Below, piece by piece: positions 55,281-56,593 of a stretch of 56,593 nucleotides of DNA. The stretch spans positions 28,111 through 84,703 of the forward strand of contig PXRY01000100.1 in NCBI GenBank assembly GCA_003022925.1, read 5' to 3'. The notes beneath the pieces are model-generated. The model made no database searches, had not been told where the DNA came from, and saw only the letters and a program-made list of their open reading frames with translations. Positions within the stretch are counted from its first letter, which is position 1, and the number at the start of each line of letters is the position of its first letter. The position numbers and the translations under genes were made by a program. This DNA is from Halobacteriales archaeon QS_8_65_32 (GTDB lineage Archaea > Halobacteriota > Halobacteria > Halobacteriales > Halococcaceae).

Positions 55281-56593
55281 TCACAGATCGAGCGCATCGA
55301 GATCGACGTGATCACGGAGGAGCGCGGCCGCCCGGTCGTGCGGCGACCGACTCGCCTCGGTGGCGGCCGCCGGGCGGGACCGGCCGGCGTGGGTAAAGAC
55401 GGCATCGAGAAAGGCCTCGCGGGCGACGGCGTTCTCGAACAGGCCGTGGAGATACGTCCCGAACACCCGGTCGGTGGCCACAGCGCTTGCCTCGGCCGTC
55501 TCCCCCTTCTCTACAGTGTCGTTTCCTGGCTCGTCTCCACCACTCTCGTCGCTCTCATTGCTCTCATCGCTGTCGTCGCTTCCGTCGCCAGCTGCAAAGG
55601 GCCGACGTGCCTCGCCGATGAGGACGGTCCGGCCGTGGTGGATCTCGTAACCGGTTACCGGCCCGCGTGCGCCGGCGAGCGGGCCACAGCCCCGAAGCTT
55701 CCGCGTGACCGGCGTGACGGTCTTCGATGTCGAAAAGCGCGTCTCGACGGGGAGCAAGCCGATGCCATCGATCGCGTCGGGCGCGCCGACCGAACCCGTC
55801 CCTTCCTGTGAGGCGTTCGTGAGCCGCTCGCCGAGCAGCTGATAGCCACCACAGAGGCCGACGATCGGACCGTCAAAGGCCCGCAGCCGCTCGGGAAAGC
55901 CCGCCGCTCGAAGCGCGAGCAGGTCGTCGACCGTATTCTTACTGCCTGGAACCACCACCGCGTCGATGCCTGTTTCGAGCGACGCATCCACCGGAAGGTA
56001 CGCAACGCTCACGCCGGGTTCGCGGGCGAGCGGGGCGACATCGGTGGAATTCGAGATCCGAGGTAGGCGCAGGACGCCGATCGTGACACACTCGCTGGCC
56101 GGAACGCCGTCGTCGCCGCCGAGCACTCGCCGCTCGCCCTCGGGCGGAAGCGAGACGCTGTCCTCGGCGGGGAGCCCGGGGTCGTCGTAGGGCAGTACTC
56201 CGAGCACCGGAACGCCCGTCTTCGCCTCGATTTCCTCGATACCCGGCCGCAGCAGGTCGCGATCGCCCCGGAACTTCGTGATCAGCGCGCCGACGAGCCG
56301 GTCGCGGACGTCGGCGAGCATGAGGCGAATCGTCCCGTACAGGCTCGCAAACGCCCCGCCGCGCTCGATGTCCACTAATAAAATTACCTCGGCGTTGGCG
56401 AACCGGGCGGTCTCGACGTTCGCCAGGTCGCGGTGATGCAGATTGATCTCCGCGATACTCCCAGCGCCCTCGGCGGTCACGACGTCGTGTGCGCTCGCCA
56501 GTCGCTCCCAGGCTTCGCGGGCGGCCGTCCGGGCGCGCTTCCAGAAATCGTCGTAGTACTCGCCGGCCGCGACGTTACCGACTGCCCGGCCGT
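55281..56593 (-). CDS. cobQ: Cobyric acid synthase CobQ (5' end beyond window)
   Basis: ..[50 protein letters not shown].. plus the GATase1-like domain ([29 protein letters not shown]). The reading frame stays open to the window end. Confidence 0.88.
   Translation of the reverse strand, partial: GRAVGNVAAGEYYDDFWKRARTAAREAWERLASAHDVVTAEGAGSIAEINLHHRDLANVETARFANAEVILLVDIERGGAFASLYGTIRLMLADVRDRLVGALITKFRGDRDLLRPGIEEIEAKTGVPVLGVLPYDDPGLPAEDSVSLPPEGERRVLGGDDGVPASECVTIGVLRLPRISNSTDVAPLAREPGVSVAYLPVDASLETGIDAVVVPGSKNTVDDLLALRAAGFPERLRAFDGPIVGLCGGYQLLGERLTNASQEGTGSVGAPDAIDGIGLLPVETRFSTSKTVTPVTRKLRGCGPLAGARGPVTGYEIHHGRTVLIGEARRPFAAGDGSDDSDESNESDESGGDEPGNDTVEKGETAEASAVATDRVFGTYLHGLFENAVAREAFLDAVFTHAGRSRPAAATEASRSPHDRAAALLRDHVDLDALDL

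Overview
High-GC haloarchaeal (class Halobacteria) chromosomal segment. The evidence is strongly acidic proteins, TATA-plus-leaderless style gene starts, and archaeal tRNAs (tRNA-Tyr with the C1-G72 pair, tRNA-Ser). About 50 protein genes are present and most are housekeeping: valS, a DUF460 nuclease-like protein, RNase HI, endonuclease IV, aTrm56, the cell-division locus cdrL-cdrS-ftsZ2 with convergent ncsA, two tandem GH15 glycosidases, two tandem 5'-nucleotidases, lplA, an MscS channel, TFB and a partial cobQ. The unusual content is non-coding. (i) Eight copies of an ORF-free mosaic element, built from short GC-rich hairpins between conserved asymmetric ends (GGGTGGGACTGGAAGGGGCCGGGCG ... 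CGGGGGCTTCCGAAACGGTCTCGG..CTGAAAGCTGC). They total about 2.4 kb, and compensatory stem substitutions are seen between copies. (ii) A second intergenic repeat family with four copies. (iii) An eroding orphan CRISPR remnant with haloarchaeal type I-B-like repeats and no cas genes in the window. (iv) An 810-nt gene-free gap containing a hairpin+T6 terminator, which suggests an unannotated RNA. Six genes are disrupted by frameshifts, a stop codon or a deletion. Other notable items are a Tat-lipoprotein whose mature part is almost pure Gly/Glu repeat, a J-domain/2Fe-2S ferredoxin fusion, a Gfo/Idh/MocA-aldo/keto reductase fusion, and a low-GC islet at about 15.7-17.05 kb.
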